In this document: positions 36,526-47,880 of the stretch, one piece after another
Position numbering within the stretch: the stretch's first letter is position 1
How the letters are laid out: each line of letters begins with the position of its first letter
From: Chiloscyllium plagiosum
Taxonomy: Eukaryota
Reading direction: 5' to 3'
DNA: 64,000 nucleotides
Assembly (NCBI RefSeq): GCF_004010195.1
Contig: NC_057720.1
Location: 91,839,695 to 91,903,694 of the forward strand
Made by a program: the position numbers and the translations under genes
The notes under the pieces: generated by a model
The model's input: only the letters and a program-made list of their open reading frames with translations
What the model was told of the DNA's origin: nothing
Databases searched by the model: none

Positions 36526-38882
36526 AGTGTTCTAGTCAGTCCACAGAGGAGACACAACTTTAAATAGAACAGGGCTGAGCTGGCAGGACAAAGGTCATTG
36601 TCAGCACTGAATTTCAACGCCCTTCCTTCTTGAGACTGGCCTCTGGGAGACTCTGAGGTTCAGGGGTTAAGGCAGGTTACTGTGACACTGTAGAGAGAGC
36701 TTCACTCTGTTCCCAACCAGTGCTGTCCCTGTCCTGGGAGTGTTTGACAAGGACAGTATGGAGACAGCTTTATTCTGTTTCNNNNNNNNNNNNNNNNNNN
36801 NNNNNNNNNNNNNNNNNNNNNNNNNNNNNNNNNNNNNNNNNNNNNNNNNNNNNNNNNNNNNNNNNNNNNNNNNNNNNNNNNNNNNNNNNNNNNNNNNNNN
36901 NNNNNNNNNNNNNNNNNNNNNNNNNNNNNNNNNNNNNNNNNNNNNNNNNNNNNNNNNNNNNNNNNNNNNNNNNNNNNNNNNNNNNNNNNNNNNNNNNNNN
37001 NNNNNNNNNNNNNNNNNNNNNNNNNNNNNNNNNNNNNNNNNNNNNNNNNNNNNNNNNNNNNNNNNNNNNNNNNNNNNNNNNNNNNNNNNNNNNNNNNNNN
37101 NNNNNNNNNNNNNNNNNNNNNNNNNNNNNNNNNNNNNNNNNNNNNNNNNNNNNNNNNNNNNNNNNNNNNNNNNNNNNNNNNNNNNNNNNNNNNNNNNNNN
37201 NNNNNNNNNNNNNNNNNNNNNNNNNNNNNNNNNNNNNNNNNNNNNNNNNNNNNNNNNNNNNNNNNNNNNNNNNNNNNNNNNNNNNNNNNNNNNNNNNNNN
37301 NNNNNNNNNNNNNNNNNNNNNNNNNNNNNNNNNNNNNNNNNNNNNNNNNNNNNNNNNNNNNNNNNNNNNNNNNNNNNNNNNNNNNNNNNNNNNNNNNNNN
37401 NNNNNNNNNNNNNNNNNNNNNNNNNNNNNNNNNNNNNNNNNNNNNNNNNNNNNNNNNNNNNNNNNNNNNNNNNNNNNNNNNNNNNNNNNNNNNNNNNNNN
37501 NNNNNNNNNNNNNNNNNNNNNNNNNNNNNNNNNNNNNNNNCTCTGTGATTGGAGGGCTATCAGAACCCTGGAGTGTAAGGGTGGGCTCTCTGGCAGTGTA
37601 TCTGAACATAATGGAGTGAGCTCACTCAGGGAGTGTTCAAAGCAGATTGGCTCATTGCTGATGGACTGGGAATGGGTCTTTACACAGTTGGTCATTTCAA
37701 ATGTGCCCTGGTCCATATCGGGTCATAGAGGTCTGAGGACCAGGACAAGTTCACCTTCACATTTAAAGACCAACAATATTGGTGCAGCTGTCTGCCCCAA
37801 GGGCTCCCCAATAGTCCCTCCATCTTCCAGGAGAGCATGGCACAGGGCTGTGAGAGTACAGTTCAGCTCCCCCAAACAGTTTAGACAGTGTGTGGCTGAC
37901 TTGCTGCTGTTTGTGGGAACTGAGGAGGAGGACTTGTCCCTTTGGGATGACAGAATTCCCAGGAGTTGTTCAGAAGGATCCAGATGTTGATCCCTTCCCT
38001 GGAACAGCAGCTGAAAAGCTGCTGCATTGCTCAGGCTCCTTGATGCCACACACCATCAAAGTGGCCTTGATGTCAAGTGCTGTCACTCTGCCCTCACCTC
38101 ACTCGCATGGTCAGGGAGAGCTCAGCCCACTGAATCACATTTATCTGAATGAATTCCACTTGATACTGATCAAACCATCTGACCCTCCCAGCCCGTCTAT
38201 ATCCTCATGTTGTCTTGTACTGCTTTGGGTTAACCCCATTCGGGAAGGTCAATAAATGGAAAGCAAGAAAACTTGAATTCAGATACTGAAGAGAATTACT
38301 GGATTAATAGAGGAATGGGTATCTTTCATTTGTATATTTCTTTATTAAATTAAAGTGACTCAGGTTAAATACATCTGTAGTGAATGTATAAATCTACAAC
38401 AACTCCCACACAGGGTGTTTGGATTGGGGGCTGAGTTGAAAGTATTGGTGACACATCAGGGAGGTGCAGAGATACCTGGAGACTTTGTTCCAGAAGGAAG
38501 TTATAAGCCTCAGGACCAGGCAGTCTAATTCCATGTGTAGGAAGGGGCATGAAGGTCTGACTATGAAGATGGCAATTAAGGTTTTGGAGAGCACTGTAGG
38601 ACAGGAAAACCCCTCACTCTGGGATTTGAACAAAAAAACCCATGAAACTCAATGTCATGCTCACGAATGTAGTTTGGACAAGGGAACCCAGCCATCACCC
38701 GGTCTGTGGCTCCAGTCCCACAGTGACGTGATTCATTCTTAATGGCCCCATGATCTGGCTCAGAACTCAGTCCGAGTAACTAGAGATGGGCAATAAATTT
38801 GAGTTTTAATTTACAATAGTTTATAAAATAGTTCATTTTAAAAGCTATTTAAAATAGTTAAATCTATGTTAACCTGAGTGTA

Positions 38883-39195
38883 CACGGTGGCACAGCAGTT
38901 AGCACTGCTGCCTCACAGCGCCAGAGACCCGGGTTCAATTCCCGCCTCTGGCGACTCTCTGTGTGGAGTTTGCAGGTTCTCCCCGTGTCTGCGTGGGTTT
39001 CCTCCGGGTGCTCCGGTTTCCTCCCAAAATCCAAAAATGTGCAGGTTAGGTGAATTGGCCATGCTAAATTGCCCGTAGTGTTAGGTGAAGAGGTAAATGT
39101 AGGGGAATGGGTCTGGGTGGGTTGCGCTTCGGTGGGGCGGTGTTGACTTGTTGGGCCGAAGGGCCTGTTTCCACACTGTAAGTAATCTAATCTAA
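38883..39195 (+). mobile_element. HE1-type SINE, young full-length copy
   Basis: CACGGTGGCACAGCAGTTAGCACTGCTGCCTCACAGCGCCAGAGACCCGGGTTCAATTCC head and AATCTAATCT tail. Confidence 0.9.
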
Positions 39196-39623
39196 AGGCA
39201 TAATTCAAAATTTGCTGATGGTATGCAACTTGGATGTATTATGGCTCATGAAGAAGATAGTGTCTAACTTCAAAAAAGATATAGATAAGTTAATGGAATG
39301 ATGTGGATAGAATTTAATAGAGATGTCACTGATTCATTGTGGAAGGAAAACGTGGAGAGACAAACAAACTAAAGGGTACAAGTATGGGTGGGTGTAGGGG
39401 CAGTAGGACCTGGATTTTTCTGTGCATCAGTCACTGAAGGTGGCCGGATAGGGAGCTGTTCTCATGACAGAGCAGCTGATTAAAGCAGATGCCATATCAA
39501 CATGAACATAGAGTACAGCGTGGATGTGAAAAGAATGCGTCCTTTTCAGGGAGAATATAAAACTAAAATAAGTTCCCTCATTTAAGACCAAGATAAGCAG
39601 GGATTTTTTCTTGCTTAAGGTCA

Positions 39624-40452
39624 TTTTTTTTTATTTCAAAAATATACTTTATTCATAAAATACTTTAATGGTCTGTACAGTTGGACATGCCATACATATG
39701 TAAACATTCCATTTACATTTACAGGAAAACAGAGTAATAATTCCTATTTACAGGTCTGTACAATTACATTTTTAGCTGAGGCGTCAGCAGGGCCCAAATG
39801 ACTGCGCGGGCCCCCTGTTCTTCTTTAGGCAGGCAGATGTTACACTGTGGACTTTCCCCACCGCGCCTTGGCGGCAGCTGCCCCAAGCTTCAGCGCGTCC
39901 CTCAACACGTAGTCCTGGACCTTGGAATGTGCCAGTCTGCAGCACTCAGTCGGGGTCAACTCCTTCAGCTGGAAGATCAGCAAGTTTTGGACCGCCCAGA
40001 GAGCGCCCTTCACCGAGTTGATGATCCTCCAGGCACAGTTGATGTTCGTCTCGGTGTGCGTCCCGGGGAACAGGCCGTAGAGCACGGAGTCCCGCGTCAC
40101 GGCGCTGCTCGGGACGAACCTCGACAAACACCACTGCATTCCTCTCCAGACTTCTTCTGCGTAGGCACATTCCAGAAGGAGGTGTGTGACAGTCTCGTTT
40201 CCCCCCCGCCGCAGCCGCTTCGAGGGCAGCGTGCGGTGCGGCAGAGAGTCCGGGCGTGCATAAATGATCTCACAGGCAGAGCCCTTCTCACCACCAGCCA
40301 AGCCATGTCTTGGTGCTTGTTGGAAAGTTCTGGCGATGATGCATTCTGCCAAATGGCTTTGACAGTCTGCTCAGGGAACCGCTCGATAGGATCCGCCCTC
40401 TCCTTTTCCCGAAGGGTCTCAAGGACACTAAGTGCTGACCACTTCCTGATGG
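39624..40452 (-). mobile_element. Young Tx1/L1-clade LINE 3' fragment
   Basis: CCHC-type C-terminus CPRSGC..ETVTHLLLEC..VW, CpG-rich; TTTATT (polyA signal on the minus strand) at about 39648 and a T-tract at 39624. Confidence 0.82.
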
Positions 40453-40777
40453 TTGGAACTCTTCTTCAGACATAGAAATGAAACCTCTGAATGCTTGTAG
40501 TGAGGAAGTAGGTAGCCATTGCTTATCATAAATCTATCAGAGTGAGGCAAGAATGTGGAATAGTCAGGTCAGCCATGGGGAGCAGGCTCAAGAGGATGAA
40601 TCTCCTTCATTTGTCCCTAATTCGTATGACCGTGCGTCCAGTTCCACCGTTGAAGGATCAGCGCCTTGAAAGTTTGTGATTTTCAATAAAGCAGCTGAAG
40701 TGGCTGCTGGTTTGTGTGGGCGCGAATGGAAGGGGACTTTACCCATAATCCTCAGCAGCAGGGCAAGCGCTCTCTCA

Positions 40778-40791
40778 CCACTAGAGGGCAG
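40778..40791 (+). promoter_or_regulatory. Strong CTCF core motif
   Basis: CCACTAGAGGGCAG matches the CTCF core consensus and lies in non-repetitive DNA. Confidence 0.7.
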
Positions 40792-43249
40792 CTGCCTCAT
40801 TGTCCCTGAACAGGAAAATGTAAAGAGCAGCTCTGCTTGAAGCTAACGGGCTCAATCTATAGAGACACATAGAGTGTACTGCTTTAGAAGCAGGGCACTT
40901 ATCGCACCACAATGAAAATATCCCCTGTGATAAGAAAAGTACTTTGATGTGACTTTTGTTTGTCTTCACAGTGTGCTGCTTTGTTCATTCTGTTAAACAT
41001 GTCGACAAGGCCAGTACTGAGTGGCACAAAGTATATTTCCTCCTCTAAACCCTTTCCAAAACACCCTCTCCATCTTTCTTTACTCTCTATTGACTCTTCT
41101 ACAATTGTCCCTGTTCCCTCACTACGTCACGGTCCCAGAGGAATTAATGGCTGGAGTTCATGACCCCACATTGTGTGAAGGTTGGTGTGAAGTGAGGCCA
41201 GTGTTTTGGAGCTTGGGCTCCTGCTTCAGGCCCAGGTGTAGGGGCCTGTTCAACAATCTGCACATTGTCCTTTTTCTCTTTCTGACCGTACTGGAGTTTT
41301 CATGCTGCAGTAACTTGCTGGCAACAAGGTGTCTTGTCTAAAATGATCGCAGCATTGGACAGATCTCTGCTGTTGATTTTTTTCTCTCTCTCTCAGGAGC
41401 CTGCTCTGTATTCAGTGCCTGTTATCATTAGTTTGTTGGAGTTCATATGTCAGCTGCTGCTTCTTTGCTATGATACTGAAAAAAAATCATCAATGCCTCT
41501 TGAGATTTAAATACTCCTTCTTCATGGAAGTGGTTGGCAGACTTTTTAACATCATTTAACAAACTAATGATGTGAATGCATCAGTGTTGTTTATGGCTGG
41601 GAGCATTTAACATCATGGTCCTAGTTTTTAATGGATCCTCACTCATGATGATACAGTTTGCAATGTTTCTCTCCCCTTTTCTGTTATTAAGAAGCTTGCA
41701 AATGTGTTATGATGAGGACAATGCAACTTCAACACCATTTGACAGAGTGGGTGGCTGTTTGAATTCTCATATAATTATCATCCAGCTTTCAAAGAAAATG
41801 CTGTAGTCTCTGAAATTAGATTGTACTCAGGTTTTATGCATATTGTGTTTGTATTTTATTTTTGGAATGCCAATTTGTCATAAAAATATCCTGTTCAGTT
41901 TTGTAGCTCAGTGGTTGTGTTTGTTCCCTGAGATACTGAGAGTTTACACAACACACCATTTGCCTGTGACCTAGTTGTTCGCTGAAGCCATTGCCTTGCT
42001 CTCTGCAGTTATACCATCAACTTGGTGTCTCAGTGTGAGCCAGGAGGCCGCTGCATGATGACTTCCTGTTCCACTGTCGGTGTAAAGGCAAGTGGGAACT
42101 GTCGAGGTTAATCCCATCATGAACAACAGAACATTATATTCAGCTGGAACTACCTCCACTGACTAATTTCTTTGGCCGCCATTGCACTAAAAGCAAATCC
42201 CTCCCTTTGCCAGCACAAAGAGAAAGTGCCCGTCAGATTCCCTTGTGTGTGATGGATTAGCCCAATAGGAGCAGCGCTGGTAGCTCATGTATCAGCCTGG
42301 ACAGAATCCTGAACAAACTCCAAATGAAAGCACGTCCTTCAGTAGATCTGCTGCTACACAAAATATGGAATTGGAATCCTTGTTCCCAAATCACCTCGTC
42401 AAACCTAAATACAATTGAAAAAATATAAACCAAACCCATTTCCCAAGGACATGTGTCACAACAAGAAAGTGGGGAGCAGACAATTACTGTTCGCCTGTCT
42501 CTGGGGAGCGTCGCTTTTCCTGTCTCCTCTCTCTTTGTGGGATATCATTTTTACCATCCTTTCTGTCTGAGAATATTACTGTTCCTGTCCCCACTCTCTT
42601 GGAGACAGGGTGGGGGTGTCACACCCACCCAGTTTGTTCGTCCCAATTACTCTCGCGAGATGTGTAATCCCTGCTTCACTATGTGTGTGAGCCATGTGTG
42701 AAAGCCCAGCACAGCTAACCCTTCACTTCAATCAGATCACAGGGTCTGAGGTTGGTCCGTACTATCTGGACCCAGACAAAAGCACTGACTGACTGGATCA
42801 CGATCAAGATAACCCAGATCAAGTCCCAATGAGATTGCTGTTGACCTTCTCCCTCAAAGTCCACTGAGGAGGTGGTCATTAATCCCAGTGTTGTCACAGA
42901 TTAAGTTCTCCCAGAGATTCATGATTCATTCTAGATTTTACATTAGGGTGTGATGTTGTCAGGTGACAGCTGGGAAGACATGAGGATAAAATATAAAAGG
43001 AGAGAGGATTATATATGTGTTATACATTCCTTGAACTTCGTATGTTTGGAAATGGTTTGCAGCCAATGGAATACTTCCAAAGTCCAGACATTGTTGTAAT
43101 GTGGAAACTGTGACAGCCTGGGCAAGGCAGATCTTTTGGCAGCACCACCCAGAGACTGGAGGCTGCTACTGCAAGCAGGCTTCAAACCAGCTCTGCTGTG
43201 AGGGGAGGACACTGGAGCACACAAGGACATGGGAAATAGGAGCAGGAGG

Positions 43250-44467
43250 AAGCCTCCAATTGGAAATGGAGAGGTAAAGAAAGAGCAGGGAGGTGTCTGA
43301 GATGGATGAAGTGAAGTTGAGGACAGGGTGGAAGTTGTGGGGAAAGTGAATGAACTGCTCCAGTTCAGCCTGGGTGCAGGATGCTGCACCGATGTAGTCA
43401 CTGATATAATGGCAAAAGAGTTGGGGCACAGTGCCTGTATAGTTGCTGAAGAGGGACTGGTTGACATAACTCAACTGGGTGCCCATCACTACTCCCTGGA
43501 CCAGTTTGGCTAGACGGAGGAGTGTATTGGTGGAGGGGGACTGGATGGGTCTGTTGCAGAGGAAAAGGTGTTGGGCCTGGAGGCTATCCTTGTGGACATA
43601 TATAAGGACTGCACATCCATAGTGGAGATAAGGCACTTAGGGCTGGGAAACTGGAGGTTACTGAAGAGATGGAGGGCATGGTTGGTGTAGCGGATGTAGG
43701 TGGGCAATGTCTGAACCAAGGAGGAAAGTTGAGGTAGGATGAGAGGATTTGGGTGGGGCAGGAGCATGCTGAGACGATGGATCAGCTGGATAGTTGGGCT
43801 TGTGGATCTTGGGGAGCAGGTAGAATTGGGCAATGCAGGGCTGGGGGACTATGAGATTGGAGACAGTGGAGGGGAGATCACTGGAGGCAATGGGGGCACT
43901 GACAGTGTGAGTGATTTTGGCCTGAGGGGTCATGGCGGGGTTATGGGCAAGGGGGAAGTAGGCCGTGGTATCTGAGAATTGGCGTTTGGCCTCTGTGACA
44001 TTTAGGTTTGTTCCCCAGACTAACACCACCCCACCTTTGTCAGCGGGTTGGATGGTGAACCAGGGGTTGGCGCAGAGAGAGTGGAGTGCTCGATCGGAGG
44101 GGGTGTGGTTGGAGAGGGTGAGGGGAGAAATTGAGGCGGCTGATGGCACATCAACAGTCAGCAATGAAGAGGTCTCGGGTGTGTACACAGCTGATGGTGG
44201 GGGGGTAACCAAATAGAGGAGGAAGATTGGAGGTGGGAGTAGAAGTCCTCAGAGGGAGGTTGGGAGTTTTTGTTAAAGAAGTAGACACAGAAGTCAAGGC
44301 AGCGGTAGAAGAGCTCCACGTCATGGCGGGTGTGGGACTTTTTGAGATGGGTTCGGACGAGAATGACCATAAGCCCTTTCCTGAGGATAGACATTTGGCC
44401 TCAGAGAGTTTGAGGTTGGGGGGATAGTAAATATGGGGCAAGGCACAGGGGTGAGGTTTTCGGGGTG
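43250..44467 (-). mobile_element. Penelope-like (Neptune-type) RT remnant
   Basis: IQPADKGGVVLV, FYLLPKIHKP, TMDVQSLY, GVVMGT, YISDYIG and FHPVLNFT motifs across frames. Confidence 0.8.
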
Positions 44468-45969
44468 NNNNNNNNNNNNNNNNNNNNNNNNNNNNNNNNN
44501 NNNNNNNNNNNNNNNNNNNNNNNNNNNNNNNNNNNNNNNNNNNNNNNNNNNNNNNNNNNNNNNNNNNNNNNNNNNNNNNNNNNNNNNNNNNNNNNNNNNN
44601 NNNNNNNNNNNNNNNNNNNNNNNNNNNNNNNNNNNNNNNNNNNNNNNNNNNNNNNNNNNNNNNNNNNNNNNNNNNNNNNNNNNNNNNNNNNNNNNNNNNN
44701 NNNNNNNNNNNNNNNNNNNNNNNNNNNNNNNNNNNNNNNNNNNNNNNNNNNNNNNNNNNNNNNNNNNNNNNNNNNNNNNNNNNNNNNNNNNNNNNNNNNN
44801 NNNNNNNNNNNNNNNNNNNNNNNNNNNNNNNNNNNNNNNNNNNNNNNNNNNNNNNNNNNNNNNNNNNNNNNNNNNNNNNNNNNNNNNNNNNNNNNNNNNN
44901 NNNNNNNNNNNNNNNNNNNNNNNNNNNNNNNNNNNNNNNNNTAGGGATTCTATGACAGTCCATTCCAGATTCCCACCAACCACTGAGTGAAAACAGTCTT
45001 CCCCAAATCTCATTTGCGGTGTCCATGATGAAATCTTTCAAACCATTCATTTTGTCTAGTGTCGTTTAGCTCTTGACCTCCTTGTTCAATAAATGCTTTA
45101 TTCTTTTTGATAAAATATGAGTTCTCAGACAGGGACAGGTAACTTTGTCCAATCAGGGAGTCCTGGCTGACAGATAAAAAGGGGAGTGTCAAAAGGACTG
45201 ATACTCTGGAACCTGACTCTGAATAACAACCTGCCAACCAACCCCCTCCTGCTGTCACCGTCCCCAAGGGGCTTACTCTTGATCCCTCTTCGATCCAGCC
45301 TGTGCTGCCTTTGGGAAAGGTTGGCCTTTCGTTAATCACCCAGGAATGTGGTCATCATCCCAGAGCAGTCACACTTTTAACCTGAGGGGATCCCAGCTGG
45401 GGCGGGGGAGAGAAGGTGGCACCTTCATGGTGGTCATACCTGTCATTAATCCACTGCAACCTCTCTTGGGGCTGCAAGAGTTCAACCTCCCTCCCTCAGA
45501 CAGCTCCCCTCCCTGGAAGGTAATATTGCTGCATCTAGTTTTGGGTTAATTAACCAGTGAAATATGACTATGGGGAGCCAGCATTGGCTGTGACCCTGGA
45601 TCCAGAAAATCCCCTCGGAATTCGGCAACACATTCGGGAGCACAGTGCCCACTGCCTCTGAAATCCCTCCCTTACTGAGAATACACTCTCAGTATTCACA
45701 TTTTTCAGCTGCCATCTGAATTTACTATAAATTCTGTGTCCAATGATCCTGCCCCTCCAGATGAAGGAACAGCACTCCGAAAGCTTCTACTTCCAAATAA
45801 ACCTGTTTGACTATAACCTGATGTTGTGTGATTTTTAACTTTGGCCATCTGAATGAGCTGCCATTCAGACTGAATCAGCTGAACTGTTTTTCATTCATGA
45901 TTTGAGAATATAAAAGCCTCATCTTCAATCCCCAGCACAAAGTCCGTTCTCAATCCATTGTTTGGAGAC

Positions 45970-47880
45970 ATAGACCTCAGAGAGACACCTCCAGGCAGCA
46001 CAGAGTAACATACTCGCACTGAGAGAGACACCTACAGGCTGCACGAAGTAACACACGCACTCTGACAGACAGGCCGCACTGAGTAACATGGTCACACTCC
46101 ATGCTGAGGATCGGTCTCTCCGAATGTGCGTGTGTTACTCGGTGTTGCCTGTAGGTGTCTCTCTGAGTAACACGCCCACACTCAGAGAGACACCTACAGG
46201 CAGTATTAAGTTAAACACACACTCAGAAAGGCGCTCAGCCAACAATGTCTGTGAATGGCCGAAGATTGTTTAAGCAGCTACCCAACATGCAGCAGAGATT
46301 GCACAGTTCGATCCCATCAGCTGGGCCAGGACCAACAGAGTAAAGAGGGAATGCGTCAGATGTACTTATTAAGTCCTAACAGCTTTCAGTTTCTGTTCTT
46401 TTTGGAATCTTCTAACCTGCATAAGTTCCAGATCAAAGGGATCATTTGAAAATGAGTAATGATTGATAATTGTAATTGATTGACAAGCCAACCAACCAAT
46501 CTTGACAATGACCTGCTGAAATGCAGCCAATCATCTGAGGGGTGGGGAGGTGGTCTACTTTCAAAGCACACAGAGACAGAGACTGAATCTTCATCTTTAT
46601 TCCCCTTACCAAATTGACATTGACAGAAAAGAACTGCAATTAACAGCCCAGACAGAGGAAGCTGCTCAAATTCACGGCCACAATGGAGCTTGAGAAAAAC
46701 ACTTGTGGAGATTTGCTCAATAACAGGATAATCCTGTCGCTTTAAACAGTGACAAAACCTTAAATTAGAACTGGTGGCTGAGCAGGAAGAAGATCTGGTT
46801 TACTGAAGCAGAGAATTCTGAGGTTCACATTGTTTTGTACAGCTGACAGTCTTCAGCAACTTCAAGAGATTTTACTTGGCATCACAAGTCAACATTATCC
46901 CCATCAAACACTCCCAGGAGGAGGACAGCATGGGGTTTGACATAGCGTAAAGCTGTCTCGACACTGTCGCAATGACTTGCTTTAACATCCAAACCTCAGA
47001 AGGTTTTCGGAGCAGTCCTGAGAAGGAAGAGAGTTGAAATTCAGTGCCGACAATGACTTGAATTCCTGCCAGCTCAGCCCTGTTCTATTTAAAGTTGTGT
47101 CTCCTCTGTGGACTGCCTCAAACACTCTACACACAATCTGATCTCCTGATGCTCTTGCTGAGGGGAGAGGGGAGGGTCACGTGGGTGAGGGCACAGGAGA
47201 AGCAAGCGTTGGACTCCCAGTCAGACCCAGAGAGGGTCAGCAGGCTGCTGACACTGTAGGTGCTGTCCGAAGCTCGCAGGTAGTTGCTGGTCTGAATGCC
47301 GTCTGAAATGACTGCACCGTCCTTCTTCCACTGCACCTCCAGCTCATCGGGATAGAAGTGATTAGCAAGGCACACCAGGGTGGCAGTGTCCTTGGCATTG
47401 ACCTGCTCCGGGGAGGGGGGCAGCAGGGTCAGTTTGGGCTGAGAGTTCTCACGGCCTGAAAGACAAGAGAAACAATTTTAATCCCTGCCACTCGAAGGGA
47501 ATTCAACCCTCACAATATTCACTGACAAAACAATCTTTTACAACATTTTTAGTCAATACAGAATAAACTCGACAAAATGACAGGCATTGTTCACATTGCT
47601 TCTTGGGATGTGAGTGTCACTGGCAGGGTCAGCATTTATTATCCAACCCTAATTGTCCCTGAGAAGGAGTTGGTGAAGCAGCAGAGAGAGAAGGAACAGT
47701 TTTGGACCATCGTTTATGGAATGAATGTGGGCAGCTGGAAAGGCTATCAATGGGGGAGCATTTCAGTGACAGTGATCAGAACTCAGTGAGATTGAGAGTA
47801 GGGATGGAAATGGCGAACCATGAAGCAAGTGTAAAAGTTTTCATTTTACTAAACTGTACAGTGTTTTGGTAAAAGTGGAT
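45970..47880 (-). repeat. Older inverted paralog of the C region and its flanks
   Basis: The reverse complement aligns by eye to about 11840-13770 (intron end, C exon, 3' UTR, downstream flank, minisatellite-related motifs), with more diverged flanks. Confidence 0.85.
47127..47455 (-). CDS. IGKC: Ig kappa (NS4-like) constant exon, copy C3 (inverted)
   Basis: Minus-strand acceptor TTGTCTTTCAG (AG at 47457-47456); 329-nt intact exon RENSQPKL...NAKDTATLVC...ESNACFSC...KSIRRSDCV*. Confidence 0.95.

Larger units (their letters stand above)
25898..38620 (+). repeat. Segmental duplication unit 2 (C2, pseudo-C)
   Basis: Direct paralog of 10177-23872. The left end is hidden by a 500-N gap. Confidence 0.92.

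Noticed and set aside
38883-38960. tRNA-like A/B boxes (also at 2310, 14558 and 24130-24197)
   Set aside because: These are heads of HE1-type SINEs that continue into SINE body and tail; they are not tRNA genes.
39798-40475. 225-aa plus-strand ORF
   Set aside because: It is the antisense shadow of the GC-rich Tx1/L1 ORF2 fragment on the minus strand.
41375-41510. Strong polypyrimidine tract + AG at about 41396 as a possible RABGAP1L exon
   Set aside because: The downstream translation shows no similarity to the expected TBC exon, and I found no fitting donor site.
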